Both the position numbers and the translations under genes were made by a program. The notes under the pieces were generated by a model that worked only from the letters and a program-made list of their open reading frames with translations, was not told the DNA's origin and ran no database searches. 64,000 nt of DNA from an uncultured delta proteobacterium (lineage in GTDB: Bacteria > Myxococcota_A > Polyangia > Polyangiales > Houyiibacteriaceae), in contig CAVOVB010000005.1 of NCBI GenBank assembly GCA_963699755.1, positions 128,001-192,000 on the forward strand, read 5' to 3'. Below are positions 37,824 to 47,947 of this stretch, one piece after another; position 1 is the stretch's first letter; each line of letters opens with the position of its first letter.

Positions 37824-39055
37824 AGTCGCGGCCGACCTTGGTCCTGCTGACCTCATCGTATCCATTCGGCACCAGGAGCGAGACTTTTCTCGAGAACGAG
37901 GTGCCGATCCTCGCAGACCGGTTTGACCGGATCCTGATCCTGCCCTCCCATCGCAAGCCCGGCTGTCGGCCATTGACAGCGGGGGTTGAGCTGGTCGAGA
38001 TGCCATGGCTCGAGGGATGGGATCGGCTCGCCCGCCTTCGAGCCCTTGCAAGCGCGGCCGCCCGCAGACCAGCGAGCTCAATTTTCGGATCCCCGAGGGA
38101 GTGGCTAGCTTACGGCCGCGGGCTGCGAGAATATGGAGACGTTCTGGCGCAGGGTGTGCTCAAAGCCCGCGAGCTGAGCTCGTTCATCGAGTCCAGAAGA
38201 TTGGGTAGCGCTCTCTTTTACGACTACTGGTTCGAAAACTCGACTCTCGCGCTCGCCATCCTCAGAGCCTCGGGTCAAATCTCTGCCGCGGTCGCCCGTG
38301 CGCACGGTTACGATCTGTATGACGAGAGGTGGCCATCGGGACGGGTTCCGTTCAGGGAGTTCAAACTCGAAGGCTTGGATCGGGTCTTCCCCGTCTCTGA
38401 GTTTGGGCGGCGATACCTCGAGCAGAAGGTTCCCTGGGCGTCCGAGCGGATTGAGGTTCAGCGACTCGGGGTGGTCCAGCATCCGGTGCCTGCGCCAGCA
38501 AAGCGGGAAGCGCCTCTGGTGGTGTCTTGCGGGACACTCCTTCCCTTCAAACGCTTTCATCTCGTCCCTGAGGTGCTCGGCTTGCTCGGTCGACCGGTTC
38601 GATGGGTCCATTTCGGAGATGGACCAGACCGGCACAAAGTCCGAGGTGCCGCGGAGCGTCTGCCGACCAGGGTCTCCTGGGAGCTTCGAGGAGACGTGCC
38701 CAACTCGGAGGTGATACGGTTTTACAGAGACGAGCCGGTGGACGCCGTCGTATCCCTCAGTTTGTCCGAGGGCCTGCCGGTTTCCATGATGGAAGCCATC
38801 AGCTTCGGGATCCCCCTACTCGGAATGCAGGTGTACGGCGTCCCTGAGATCGTCACTCGAGAGACCGGCATTTGCTTGCCGATCGACGCTACGCCAGCGC
38901 AAGCCGCATCTGCGCTGGCCGAGATTCTGACAGCGGGCCGGTTTGATAGGCCCGCAATTCGTCGCTTCTTCGCAGCAAACTATGAGGCTTCCACGAACTA
39001 CAACGAGTTTGCAGATACGCTGATCGATGTCTGGGAGCGCTCCCTAGGTGCCTAG
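37811..39055 (+). CDS. GT4 glycosyltransferase
   Basis: LLTSSYPFG..ETFLENE, RAHGYDLY and SEGLPVSMMEA. Confidence 0.9.
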   Translation: MDSLKSRPTLVLLTSSYPFGTRSETFLENEVPILADRFDRILILPSHRKPGCRPLTAGVELVEMPWLEGWDRLARLRALASAAARRPASSIFGSPREWLAYGRGLREYGDVLAQGVLKARELSSFIESRRLGSALFYDYWFENSTLALAILRASGQISAAVARAHGYDLYDERWPSGRVPFREFKLEGLDRVFPVSEFGRRYLEQKVPWASERIEVQRLGVVQHPVPAPAKREAPLVVSCGTLLPFKRFHLVPEVLGLLGRPVRWVHFGDGPDRHKVRGAAERLPTRVSWELRGDVPNSEVIRFYRDEPVDAVVSLSLSEGLPVSMMEAISFGIPLLGMQVYGVPEIVTRETGICLPIDATPAQAASALAEILTAGRFDRPAIRRFFAANYEASTNYNEFADTLIDVWERSLGA

Positions 39056-40129
39056 TGCGTTTGCCAGAGTCTCTGCAATCTTTTCGCCAGCATGGCCATC
39101 GCCGTACACACCTTCTCGGCTCCGGGAAGGTGGAGATTCGAGAAACGCTTGGCATGCGCTCAGCATCATCGCTGGATCGGCGCCAACCAATCGGTTCCAA
39201 CCAAGCTCGACTGTTTCGACCCACTCGGTCTCTTCGCGTGCTGTCACACAGGGTCGACCAAGATAGAACGCTTCTTTCTGCAAGCCGCCGCTGTCCGTGA
39301 TGACCACGCGGCAACGGTGCAGCAACGCAAGCATGTCCAAATAGCCCACGGGTTCGATCACGTGGATGGAATCCCGAAAAGACAAATCGAACTCGGAGAG
39401 CCTCTGCTTCGTTCTTGGGTGGAGTGGGATCACCAGGGGAATTGTTCTCGATACCTGATTCAGGCCCGCAACCAAGGCCTCGAGCTTCGCAGGCTCGTCC
39501 GTGTTTTCTGGCCGGTGCAAGGTAACAAGGGCAAATGGCCCGGACATGAAACGCTGGCAAGACACTGAGTTTTGTTCGATCGCCACGGGCAGAAACCGAT
39601 CACAGGCGTCGCGCATCACGTCCCCGACGACGTGCACGTCCTCGACGATGCCCTCAGCGGACAGATGCCGTTTGGGGGTTTCGCCCGTCACGAAGTGAAA
39701 GGTGGCTAAGTGATCGGTAATTACGCGATTGATTTCCTCTGGCATACGTCGATTGAAAGACCTCATCCCCGCTTCGACGTGGGCGACGGGAACGTGAAGT
39801 TTCACGGCGGCAATGGCCGCTGCCGCAGTTGAATTGGTGTCTCCGTACACCAAGACCGCGTCAGGACTCTTCTCTTGAACGATGGACTCGATCGCCTCAA
39901 TCATGCGGCCGGTCATGGCACCGTGAGAGAGCCCTCCGATGTCGAGATTTCGACTCACGCCAGGGAGGGCCAGCTCACGGAAAAAAACGTCCGACATGTT
40001 GTCGTCGTAGTGCTGTCCGGTGTGGACCAGCGACTCGGCAAGCCCGGCCCGTCGCAACGCCGACGAGACGATGGCGGCCTTCACGAACTGCGGTCGAGCG
40101 CCGACGACGGTGAGCAAGTCGACGGTCAT
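39044..40129 (-). CDS. wecB: Non-hydrolysing UDP-N-acetylglucosamine 2-epimerase (WecB/WbpI-like), copy 1
   Basis: VGARPQFVK, HTGQHYD, YGDTNST, HVEAG.RS, PEE.NR and TDSGGLQKEA. Confidence 0.92.
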   Translation of the reverse strand: MTVDLLTVVGARPQFVKAAIVSSALRRAGLAESLVHTGQHYDDNMSDVFFRELALPGVSRNLDIGGLSHGAMTGRMIEAIESIVQEKSPDAVLVYGDTNSTAAAAIAAVKLHVPVAHVEAGMRSFNRRMPEEINRVITDHLATFHFVTGETPKRHLSAEGIVEDVHVVGDVMRDACDRFLPVAIEQNSVSCQRFMSGPFALVTLHRPENTDEPAKLEALVAGLNQVSRTIPLVIPLHPRTKQRLSEFDLSFRDSIHVIEPVGYLDMLALLHRCRVVITDSGGLQKEAFYLGRPCVTAREETEWVETVELGWNRLVGADPAMMLSACQAFLESPPSRSREGVYGDGHAGEKIAETLANALGT

Positions 40130-41268
40130 CCGAGAACGACCTCCATGATCTTGGATAACTGTCTGTTCCAAGATAGGTTTTCGGCCGCATAGGCCCGCAT
40201 CTTGCGAGCCGGCTCATCGATCTCGTCGAGCATGATCGCGTAGTCGGCGAGTACCTGGCTGAGGTCGACGGGCTCGTCTCCTACCGGGATTCGCAGGGCA
40301 AAGGGAAAGCCATCCGCGAAGCTCTCGTCCGTGGCGGCAAACACGAAAGGGATTCCCCGCGCACAGTACTCGCGCGTCTTCAAGGAGCTGGCGGTCTGCA
40401 GACCGATACGGTGCATGCCCAAGCTTGCAATGGCGATGTCGCTTTGGTCAAACAGCGCGTCCAGCGCTTTGCCGGTCGTCATTCCGTGAAAGGTGACGTG
40501 GTCGTCGAGTCGAAGTCTCGTACAGAGCTCTTCGAGCTCTGCGGCCGCAGGTCCGTCGCCCGCGAAGCTTACGTGCGGCGCTAGATCGGGTTTCTCGTCT
40601 AGAAACTCCCGGAGTCCGCGGAGAACGCGATCGTACCCATGCCACTTCGCCAAGGAGGCGACGCCCAAGAACCTTGGCGCCTTGGGGTTGAACGGAGAAG
40701 CGCTGCGAATCGGTAGCGCATCCACATCCACTCCGTTGGTGCTCCGGATACATGGGATGCCATAGATCTCGCTTTGATCACCGAACGTCACCACATGATC
40801 CACGCGCGCCCGGAGCAACCCACTCAGTGCAGCGTCGCTCGCCACGACTAGCCTCTGGGCGATGGTATCTGCCTCTCCGCGCAGCGGATAACTAGCAAAC
40901 TCCAAAACGATGCGAAGCTTGGGATTGTGGTTCTTCATCCAAGCAAGAAAGCCGAGGAGAGCGGGGTTGGTTCCGGGATGGCGGATGTAGAGCACGTCGT
41001 AGTCCTCCGCGGCGCAGTGGCTCGCAATGACTTTCCAAAACGCCCCATAGTGGTTCAGGACGCGTAGAGGGCGCCCTCCAGTCCAGCGATACTTCACTAG
41101 ACGCGCATCATCGAAGACGACGCCTTCTTCGCGTCCAACGACCGTGGTCAGCTCGAATCCCAAGCTCCGCAAGGCGTCCGCTTGATAGCGCATCTTGTTC
41201 AAGATGCCGCGACTCGGCGCAAAGTCGTCTCGCACCGGATAGATCAGTAATACGCGCGGACCTGACAC
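40126..41268 (-). CDS. GT4-type glycosyltransferase
   Basis: WHGYDR and SLKTREYCARGIPF; translationally coupled to the epimerase gene. Confidence 0.85.
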   Translation of the reverse strand: MSGPRVLLIYPVRDDFAPSRGILNKMRYQADALRSLGFELTTVVGREEGVVFDDARLVKYRWTGGRPLRVLNHYGAFWKVIASHCAAEDYDVLYIRHPGTNPALLGFLAWMKNHNPKLRIVLEFASYPLRGEADTIAQRLVVASDAALSGLLRARVDHVVTFGDQSEIYGIPCIRSTNGVDVDALPIRSASPFNPKAPRFLGVASLAKWHGYDRVLRGLREFLDEKPDLAPHVSFAGDGPAAAELEELCTRLRLDDHVTFHGMTTGKALDALFDQSDIAIASLGMHRIGLQTASSLKTREYCARGIPFVFAATDESFADGFPFALRIPVGDEPVDLSQVLADYAIMLDEIDEPARKMRAYAAENLSWNRQLSKIMEVVLG

Positions 41269-41271
41269 GGC

Positions 41272-42216
41272 TCAGGGATGAAACGATGGGTGAACGGAGT
41301 CTCGGGGTCGCACGATGGGCTGCGTTCGAACGCTATACGACAACTCCACCGAAGGACGAGCATCGTCGATGCCATGGCCACGGCCAGCAAGCGTCTCCCG
41401 ATAGACCGTCGTGTGCAAGTCGCGGAATCCAGTCGAAAACTCGATCTCCTCGTCGTCCATCAGCACCGAACGATATGCGTGCCCACCCTCAGCCTGCACC
41501 TGTTCTGGAAGATCATTCTCGTCGATCGACAGAAACCAGCGCACGTTGGCGTGCTCGAGCTCCATCACACCGCTCACGCGATCAGGTTCGCGAGCGTGAA
41601 TCTCCAAGTTGGATACGCTTCCAAAGACCCAGAGCATCATATCGAAGAGGTGAATGCCGATATTCATGGCAAGCCCGCCTGACTTCTCCTCCGAGCCCTT
41701 CCATGAGTTATGGTACCAGCGTCCTCGGCGCGTGATATAGCTCAGCACGACGTCTCTCTTGGTCGAAGGCGGGTTCTGCTCGATTTGTTTCTTGAGCGCG
41801 ACCAAGGTCGGGAGATGGCGCAACTGCAAGACGGTCCGAATGCGCGTATCGTATTCCTGCTCTAGCGCCTGAAGCTGGTCGAGGTTCCAGGGGTTGATCA
41901 CCAGCGGCTTCTCGCAAATGGCATGCGCGTTGACGCGCAAGGCCAGTCGCACGTGGGCATCGTGAAGATAGTTCGGCGAACAGATGCTCACGTAGTTGAC
42001 TGCGTTCGCAGCGCCTTCGCGACGTCGCTTCTCGAGAAACCGGTCAAAGCGCTCGATCTCCGTGAAGAACCGAGCATCCGGGAAGTAGTTGTCCATCATT
42101 CCGACGGAATCATGAGGGTCACAGGCCGCGATCAACCTGTTGCCAGTATCCCGAATGGCCGCCAGGTGCCGCGGTGCGACGAAGCCGCCTACCCCCAGCA
42201 GCGCGAAATTTGCCAT
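41272..42216 (-). CDS. Gfo/Idh/MocA oxidoreductase, WbpB-like UDP-GlcNAcA 3-dehydrogenase
   Basis: GVGGFVAPRH, SICSPNYLHDAH, CEKPL, VLQLR and NIGIHLFD. Confidence 0.9.
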   Translation of the reverse strand: MANFALLGVGGFVAPRHLAAIRDTGNRLIAACDPHDSVGMMDNYFPDARFFTEIERFDRFLEKRRREGAANAVNYVSICSPNYLHDAHVRLALRVNAHAICEKPLVINPWNLDQLQALEQEYDTRIRTVLQLRHLPTLVALKKQIEQNPPSTKRDVVLSYITRRGRWYHNSWKGSEEKSGGLAMNIGIHLFDMMLWVFGSVSNLEIHAREPDRVSGVMELEHANVRWFLSIDENDLPEQVQAEGGHAYRSVLMDDEEIEFSTGFRDLHTTVYRETLAGRGHGIDDARPSVELSYSVRTQPIVRPRDSVHPSFHP

Positions 42217-42345
42217 GCGAGTCCCCCACCCGAAAGAGTTCCAGTCATCGGGGGTAAAGTAGTCCAGGCTGCAGACATGTGCATCCGCAATCCGGCGACG
42301 TATTTGTTCATCGCGTTTTCGTTGAAATGGCCTAAGTAAGACGGC

Positions 42346-43554
42346 GTGACCTCCGTGCCAGTGCTGGGCGATGCCATCGCGGGCAGCCGCAGCAGTAAGT
42401 CCATTCACCTCCCCGGCTTGAATGGGGTGCGCTTCTGGGCTGCTTTTCTGGTGCTCCTGGATCACCTCGAGCTGTTCAAACCCTATTTCGGCATCACCCC
42501 ATTTTGGTCCGAAGCGCACAGTGCGCACCTTGGCAGGACGGGTGTCACCGTCTTCTTCGTGCTCAGCGGGTTCCTGATCACCTACCTATTGCTAAAGGAA
42601 AGGGACCTCGGCGGCATCGGCATCCGCAACTTCTACGTCCGGCGGATCCTGCGGATTTGGCCGCTGTACTACCTGATCGTGGCACTCTGCTTCTTCGTTG
42701 CTCCCTACATCGGGGTTCTGCAAGTGGAGGGCTACGCAGAGCCCGTGCACAACGACCTCGCTGCCAAGCTCTTCCTATTCGTGGCCATGATGGCCAACGT
42801 CGCCTTCGTCCTTCTTCCAACCGTGCCCTTCGGCAACGTGCTGTGGTCGGTCGCGGTGGAGGAACAGTTTTACTTGTTCTGGCCGCACTTGATGAAGCGC
42901 GCCGCCAACGTATTGCGCGGGATGCTGATCGCGCTGGGCGTTTACATGCTCGCGAAGCTGGTGCTCGTGGTTCTCCTAGGCCCGCTGAACGCGCACTGGG
43001 CGGGGATCCTGCTCCACTTGCTGGACCGCACTCGCTTCTCTTCCATGATCATCGGAGCCATCGGCGCCTACGCGGTCCATGCCGCCTGGGAACCGCTTCT
43101 GTCTTTCGTGTTCCGTCCGCTCGTGCAGCTGCTGGCCTGGGCGCTGATGCTCCTCGGCACGATCATACCGGGACGCGGGGCCGTCTTTGGTCTGATCGGC
43201 AACGAGCTCACCTCAGTCGTGGTGATCGTGCTCTTGTTGAACCTTGCCTTCAATGCCCGCAGTATCTTGAGGCTGGAGAACCCGGTGCTCGACAGGCTCG
43301 GGCGTATTTCCTACGGGCTATATGTATACCACCTCTTCGCAGTGGTGCTCTGCACTCGGGCCTTTGTGCCACTTTACGCAGCCTATCCGGATGGAGAGAT
43401 ATTCCTGGGAGCGCTGTTGTTGCTCGCCACCACGGCACTGACCGCAGGCATCGCCCAGTTCTCCTATCGACGTTTCGAGCTGCCCTTCCTTAGGAAGAAG
43501 AAGAAGTACTCCACCATCATCAGCGGGGACTTGGTGAACAACGAACAAGAGTAA
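42346..43554 (+). CDS. Acyltransferase-3 (OafA-like) O-acyltransferase
   Basis: LNGVRF, FFVLSGFLI, RRILRIWP, WSVAVEEQFY and ISYGLYVYH. Confidence 0.93.
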   Translation: MTSVPVLGDAIAGSRSSKSIHLPGLNGVRFWAAFLVLLDHLELFKPYFGITPFWSEAHSAHLGRTGVTVFFVLSGFLITYLLLKERDLGGIGIRNFYVRRILRIWPLYYLIVALCFFVAPYIGVLQVEGYAEPVHNDLAAKLFLFVAMMANVAFVLLPTVPFGNVLWSVAVEEQFYLFWPHLMKRAANVLRGMLIALGVYMLAKLVLVVLLGPLNAHWAGILLHLLDRTRFSSMIIGAIGAYAVHAAWEPLLSFVFRPLVQLLAWALMLLGTIIPGRGAVFGLIGNELTSVVVIVLLLNLAFNARSILRLENPVLDRLGRISYGLYVYHLFAVVLCTRAFVPLYAAYPDGEIFLGALLLLATTALTAGIAQFSYRRFELPFLRKKKKYSTIISGDLVNNEQE

Positions 43555-43592
43555 ATCACCCCTAGGTAGACGACCTAGCCCGGCAATGCGAT

Positions 43593-44807
43593 CTAGCCGC
43601 CGCTACCGATCAGAGCTTGATAGATCTCGCGGTACCGCGGGACGACCACCTCGTCCAAACCCAGCCACCGACGTGTTGCGTCACGGCATCTCTCTTTGAT
43701 TTCTGGGTCTTTCAACATTTCCCCCAAGTCTCTCGCCGCTTGCCGATACGCGTCACGCTCTCCGTTCTGGACCACCACACCGATCGCCTCGGATTGAATG
43801 AGACTGTCGTAGTCGCCGCATCCCGAAGTCGAAGCGACCGGAAGGCCGCAAGCAAGATACTCGCCGAGCTTGATGGGCGAGCACGCGAGCTTCGACGAGA
43901 ACGGTCGCAAAAAACACAACCCGACGTCTGCGCTGCTCAGATAGGCCGGCATCTCAGCGGGAGGCACCGCGCGCGAAACAAGAGGAACGCCGGCGCGCTC
44001 GCACAGTCCGGCAAACACGGCCGGATCATCGCCCGTGAGGACCAGTAGGGTCAGTGGGTCGAATACTTCCTTCGCCGCGGCCACGAAGGCTACCATCTCC
44101 TCGGTGTCGTACCATCCGCCCGCTTTGCCGGCGTACACGAATACCGTGCCCGTCAAGCCTAGCGCCTCGCGGATCTCCTCGCGCCCTTCGCTCACGGGTC
44201 GAAAGCGCTTCAGATCCACCGCACATGGCAAAATGTAGACGGGCGCCTCATGCGACCACGGCGCGACTTCGCGTTTGCGATAGCTGGTCAGTACGGCCAC
44301 GACGTCGGCAAGCTCTATGGCGCGCCGTTCACCCCAGGCGGTCAGCCGATGCCCAAGCGAGCCTTCCTTCCACACCCCTGCATCGACGTACTCCTGCGAG
44401 AGCGGGCCGTCGGCGTCCACGAACAGCCGGGTTCCGGCAAGCTTTGCCACCAACACGGCAATGGCACCGGGAACCGAGGCCCGGCCGTGAACGACGCTTG
44501 CGTGCGAGCGCTTCGCCAAGCGCGTCGCCACCAGGCTCCCGACACCAATGTCGTAGAGCGTCGAAAGCAGTGGTGGTCGTTTGTGATAGCGGATGGGATG
44601 CCAGTCGATTCCCTGGCCCGCGAGCTCACGACGCTTCGCTTCGCTCTCGTCTTGGGTCATGCGCCAGCGTGGCTGCTCGAACGTGATCAGCCCGACCTTG
44701 TATCCATCGCGGGCCAAAGCCAGGAGGTAGGGAAGGCTCTGGCTCTGACACAAAGGGTCGAGCAGGCTCCAATAGGTAATGTAGACGGTGTCAAGACGCT
44801 CTTGCAT
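43593..44807 (-). CDS. GT4-type glycosyltransferase
   Basis: SQSLPYL, PCAVD and SPIKLGEYLACGLP. Confidence 0.88.
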   Translation of the reverse strand: MQERLDTVYITYWSLLDPLCQSQSLPYLLALARDGYKVGLITFEQPRWRMTQDESEAKRRELAGQGIDWHPIRYHKRPPLLSTLYDIGVGSLVATRLAKRSHASVVHGRASVPGAIAVLVAKLAGTRLFVDADGPLSQEYVDAGVWKEGSLGHRLTAWGERRAIELADVVAVLTSYRKREVAPWSHEAPVYILPCAVDLKRFRPVSEGREEIREALGLTGTVFVYAGKAGGWYDTEEMVAFVAAAKEVFDPLTLLVLTGDDPAVFAGLCERAGVPLVSRAVPPAEMPAYLSSADVGLCFLRPFSSKLACSPIKLGEYLACGLPVASTSGCGDYDSLIQSEAIGVVVQNGERDAYRQAARDLGEMLKDPEIKERCRDATRRWLGLDEVVVPRYREIYQALIGSGG

Positions 44808-45918
44808 GCCCGAGGGTTTCTTCGAAATACTGTGCGAGCCGAGGCCCCTGCCGCTCGAGGCAGTATTGTGTTTCGACCAGCCTTCGACCGTTCTGAGAGA
44901 GTTTCTTGCGGAGCTCTCGCGACTCGAGAAGGGCCTTCAGATGCCGGTACCAATCCTCCGTGCTTCGGGCGACGAGCCCGTTTTCGCCATCGACGACGAA
45001 ATCCCGAGCCCCACCCACCCAGGAAGAAACACAGGGCACGCCGACGGCCATGAACTGGAGCTGCTTGAAACCGCATTTCCCCTCGTACACCGGCTCGCTA
45101 TGCATGGGCGCAAGCCCTATGTCCATCCGTTGGAACTCTTGAATCTCTTCATGGAGCTTCCAGGGTCGCAACTGCACATCCGCCGCGTCGAGCGCGAAGT
45201 CGTCGCCAGCTCCGACCACGTGAATCTCAAAGTCATGCCCCTCCGCGCGAAGTTGCCGCAGGGCTGGCTCGACCAGCTCGAGTTGGTGCGCCGTGGAGTG
45301 GGAGCCCACCCATCCGATTCGCGGAGCGCTGTGAGCGCGAAGCTCGCCGTCGAGTCGACCAGGCAAGGGGGTCCAGGTCGCGGAAGAAACCACGGTCGGC
45401 ACGACCTCGACTCTAGGGTTGACCTCCCGCGCGCGGCGGGCGAGGTAGTTCGAGCCTGCAATGATGCATGCGGCGTGTCGCATCGTGTACCAGCACTTGC
45501 TCGGATTCTTGAGCAAGCGTGCAGCGATCGGATGCGTCGACCTCGGTAGGTCGAAATGCCAGATTGCGTCGTCAAAATCGAAGATGATCGGCACGCCCTT
45601 GAGCGACCCGAGGATGAACTCCGTATAGGCCGGGCCGACCAACGCGGCCTCGCGCTGGATGAAGACAGCGTCGATGCCTGGGGTCCCGACTGCCAATGCG
45701 ACCCTGCGGAGTGAACGGGACGCGAGATACGTCGCCTTCTCGAGTCGGTTTCCCTTCGCATAGAAGCCACTAAAGAAGTCGTCTTCGACGAAGGGCTCGA
45801 AACGCACGTCCCAACCGCGGGCCTTCAAGTAGGGCAGCATCTGCGTCAGGCGGAAGCGTGTCGCACCGGAACGCTCCGGATAAGCGGCCAAGGCGAGAAT
45901 TCTTGGCTGCCGACTCAC
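44791..45918 (-). CDS. GT4-type glycosyltransferase
   Basis: TRFRL, FDFDDAIW, IGWVGS and GKCGFKQLQFMA.GVP. GTG start overlaps the upstream stop. Confidence 0.88.
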   Translation of the reverse strand: MSRQPRILALAAYPERSGATRFRLTQMLPYLKARGWDVRFEPFVEDDFFSGFYAKGNRLEKATYLASRSLRRVALAVGTPGIDAVFIQREAALVGPAYTEFILGSLKGVPIIFDFDDAIWHFDLPRSTHPIAARLLKNPSKCWYTMRHAACIIAGSNYLARRAREVNPRVEVVPTVVSSATWTPLPGRLDGELRAHSAPRIGWVGSHSTAHQLELVEPALRQLRAEGHDFEIHVVGAGDDFALDAADVQLRPWKLHEEIQEFQRMDIGLAPMHSEPVYEGKCGFKQLQFMAVGVPCVSSWVGGARDFVVDGENGLVARSTEDWYRHLKALLESRELRKKLSQNGRRLVETQYCLERQGPRLAQYFEETLGHARAS

Positions 45919-46892
45919 GCTTGACTCCGAGCCTCTCGAGCCGCTTCCCCCATGTTGTGACTCGGCCAAAGGAGGCGCTCACGAAGCAGGCGATACTCGT
46001 CGAGCAGTTCGTTCAGAGTGGCCAAGTTCTCGCCCGTGTGCGTCCCGAAGTTGTGTGGATGCCACCAGAGATGGAAGTCGCGTCCTCGCCGGGCCGCTTC
46101 CCGCATCGCACGTTTGATCCGATGGATCCGCATCGGCTCGAGCCGGCGTCGCAGGGCAGAGTAAGGCCGAAGGAATAGACCCGCTCGAAGCGGCACGAGC
46201 CCGCTGGGGTCGGAATGGGGCTCGTCTCCGTGAGACCCCCCAACGGGAAGGTAGCTGTCGAGCAAGCGCAAACCCCGATGCGCGAGATTCTCTTCGCCGG
46301 CTCGACGCGGTCGATAGGGAAAGAACCTGGGCGGGATTCGGTAGGCTTCCACACCCTGCCGCACCAACGCGGCGTTGTACGCTGGATTGTACTGACCACG
46401 CGGGAAGACGAGTGACTTCGTCACCTTGCCGAACGGCTCGCCTATGGCGGCCGCAGCCTGAAGATCCGCTTCGAAGGTTTTCTCTGTCTGCCCAGCCTCG
46501 AGGCAGTAGTAGTGGGAAAACGTATGCGAGGCGATCTCCTGCCCTGGCGTCTGTGCGATGGTCTGAAGGAGCGACGGCGCATAGTGGAACGGATCGCTCC
46601 GCTCGTCCTCGCCGATTTCGTCCAGCAACGAATAGGGGTCGAGCCGAGGTTCTGCGTAGGACGGACGAATTTCAGGCAAGTGGTCCAGGAGGTGACGCTT
46701 GTTGCGAGCGAATAGGAAACCAACGGTCGCCCAGGTCGCGTGCACCTCGTGCTCTTCGAAGCTTCGTAGCACGTCCGGAATCGCATCACGCGCGCGAAGG
46801 AAATAGTCCCTCTTCTCCGACAGACGCACGACGTCACGGACTCCCCAATGAAGCTCGAAGTCCAGTGAGATGATGAAGCTTCCGCGCCCCAT
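45915..46892 (-). CDS. Polysaccharide deacetylase (CE4-like)
   Basis: ISLDFELHWG, ATWATVG, EIASHTFSH and HLWWHPHNF. Confidence 0.9.
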   Translation of the reverse strand: MGRGSFIISLDFELHWGVRDVVRLSEKRDYFLRARDAIPDVLRSFEEHEVHATWATVGFLFARNKRHLLDHLPEIRPSYAEPRLDPYSLLDEIGEDERSDPFHYAPSLLQTIAQTPGQEIASHTFSHYYCLEAGQTEKTFEADLQAAAAIGEPFGKVTKSLVFPRGQYNPAYNAALVRQGVEAYRIPPRFFPYRPRRAGEENLAHRGLRLLDSYLPVGGSHGDEPHSDPSGLVPLRAGLFLRPYSALRRRLEPMRIHRIKRAMREAARRGRDFHLWWHPHNFGTHTGENLATLNELLDEYRLLRERLLWPSHNMGEAAREARSQA

Positions 46893-47947
46893 CAGACCGT
46901 GTCCGAATCGCAGTAACTGATATACCAGCTTCGCCGATCTCTCAGCACGTCCGCCAGGGACTCATCGAGCGGACGAACGCCAATGTGAAGCTCGATGGGA
47001 CGAAGCTTCTCCGGAAGTGGCAGGAACCCGACCTCGGAATAGGCCTTGGCGTTTGGAGAGTGCCCAAAGCTCCAAGCCAGAACCGCATCAGCCCCATCGG
47101 ACGCCATACGGCCGAGACACTCAGCCAGCAGCGCCGCACCGAGCTGATGACACCCCGGCTCGTACAGGAGCTCGATCAGATATCCGATCCGTCCGCCGTG
47201 CTTGTCGACCGTCGTGTACGCACAAAAGGCGACGAGCTGCCCTTCCTGGTAGACGCCGAGGCACGCATATTGCTCGCCGGGCTTGCCGAGCCGCCACCGC
47301 AGATAGGCGGCATCTCGATCGACGGCGACCATTACGCCTGAAGCGAACCGAGTCCAAAGCTCATCCAGCTCGGGGCCGAGCTCAGTCATCAGGCGGAGCT
47401 CCTGGTTTGCTTGTAGCTTCGGGCCTCCAATCGGAAGACGTAGATCAGGCATCCGACTCAGCCAGCGACCGAACGGTAGCTTCGAGGCAACGAATGCAGT
47501 GCGCAGCGGCTTCACGAGGAAGGGAACGGGATCGAGAGGCGACCAGCCTAGCTTCCCGAAAAAGCCGGGCGCCGAATTCGCATTGGGAAAGCCATATACG
47601 AAGGCCCCGCCGCGATCGTGAAACCTCTGATACACAGCCTCCGCCGTCTTGGTGAAGAGGCCCCGTCCGCGGAAGTCTGCGTCGACCAAGGTGTCCACGG
47701 ACTGGGCGGCCAACATGCGCGCTCCTCGAACCCTGACGAATGCAGGCTGGACGGCATAGATCCCTGCGATTCGTTCCCCGGACACGGCCAGGTCGACGAA
47801 CAGCTCTTGGCTCGGATTCTCGAGGTACTGCCAGCGAAGCGCTTCGATTCGGCGCGGCGTTCCATTGCGCTCGAAGCACTCCCCGAATGCGACGAGGTCC
47901 GCCTCGCCAGCCTGCATTGCACGCAACTCGAGCGGCGCAGTCATCAC
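46892..47947 (-). CDS. GNAT N-acetyltransferase
   Basis: W.Y..NP, DTLVDADFRGRGLF and YGFPN. Confidence 0.88.
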   Translation of the reverse strand: MMTAPLELRAMQAGEADLVAFGECFERNGTPRRIEALRWQYLENPSQELFVDLAVSGERIAGIYAVQPAFVRVRGARMLAAQSVDTLVDADFRGRGLFTKTAEAVYQRFHDRGGAFVYGFPNANSAPGFFGKLGWSPLDPVPFLVKPLRTAFVASKLPFGRWLSRMPDLRLPIGGPKLQANQELRLMTELGPELDELWTRFASGVMVAVDRDAAYLRWRLGKPGEQYACLGVYQEGQLVAFCAYTTVDKHGGRIGYLIELLYEPGCHQLGAALLAECLGRMASDGADAVLAWSFGHSPNAKAYSEVGFLPLPEKLRPIELHIGVRPLDESLADVLRDRRSWYISYCDSDTV

